Positions 63,922 to 64,000 of a DNA stretch of 64,000 nt are shown here, in pieces. Within the stretch, counting starts at the first letter, position 1. Every line of letters starts with the position of its first letter. The notes beneath the pieces were generated by a model. That model was not told the origin of the DNA and did no database searches. It saw nothing but the letters and a program-made list of their open reading frames with translations. Origin of the DNA: a virus; the IMG/VR virus record IMGVR_UViG_3300046616_000269, positions 6,617-70,616 of that record, one strand, 5' to 3'. The position numbers were made by a program, and so were the translations under genes.

Positions 63922-64000
63922 TTAGATGCCGTCGCGATACGCGAAGGTTTCAGGGTAGACCACTTCCACCACGCCCAGGCGCTGGTAGTACACCGTCTTG
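63922..64000 (-). CDS. major capsid protein C-terminus (partial; DUF2184-like)
   Basis: ...YYQRLGVVEVVYPETFAYRDGI* followed by a terminator. Confidence 0.75.
   Translation of the reverse strand, partial: KTVYYQRLGVVEVVYPETFAYRDGI

Overview
This window is about 64 kb of an apparently lytic, GC-rich contractile-tailed (myovirus-type) dsDNA phage. The host is probably betaproteobacterial (inferred from a Q-like late regulator family and a PEP-CTERM protein). No integrase, tRNA or CRISPR array was seen. Layout: (i) 1-9.7 kb, minus strand: terminase, an accessory fibre module (SwmB-repeat protein plus SGNH esterase), a structured late leader and a Q-like regulator; (ii) 9.7-17.3 kb, minus strand: early and auxiliary genes (NUDIX, QueD, DUF932, GIY-YIG, ParB-like, HTH) with repeated promoter/operator boxes; (iii) 17.4-48.4 kb, plus strand: a complete replication and recombination set (flap exonuclease, DnaB, SNF2 helicase, primase, sigma-like factor, beta clamp, UDG-PolA fusion, clamp loader, UvsY-like, SSB, RecA, RuvC, SbcCD) interleaved with a 7-deazaguanine DNA-modification pathway (QueE, QueC, FolE, DpdA-like, NDT, DUF6884); (iv) 48.3-64 kb, minus strand: lysis, tail, baseplate and neck genes and the end of the major capsid gene. 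Highlights: a dispersed dPreQ0-type system with a QueC lacking its Zn cysteines and two micro-ORFs that resemble the DpdA N-terminus; a recurring GTATAGAT promoter-like motif matching a region-2-only sigma factor; a phage PEP-CTERM surface protein; a structured non-coding late leader; and a shared RxRV(V/A)(I/L)(D/E)-like motif in recombination proteins. All family assignments come from motif recognition by eye; no searches were run.
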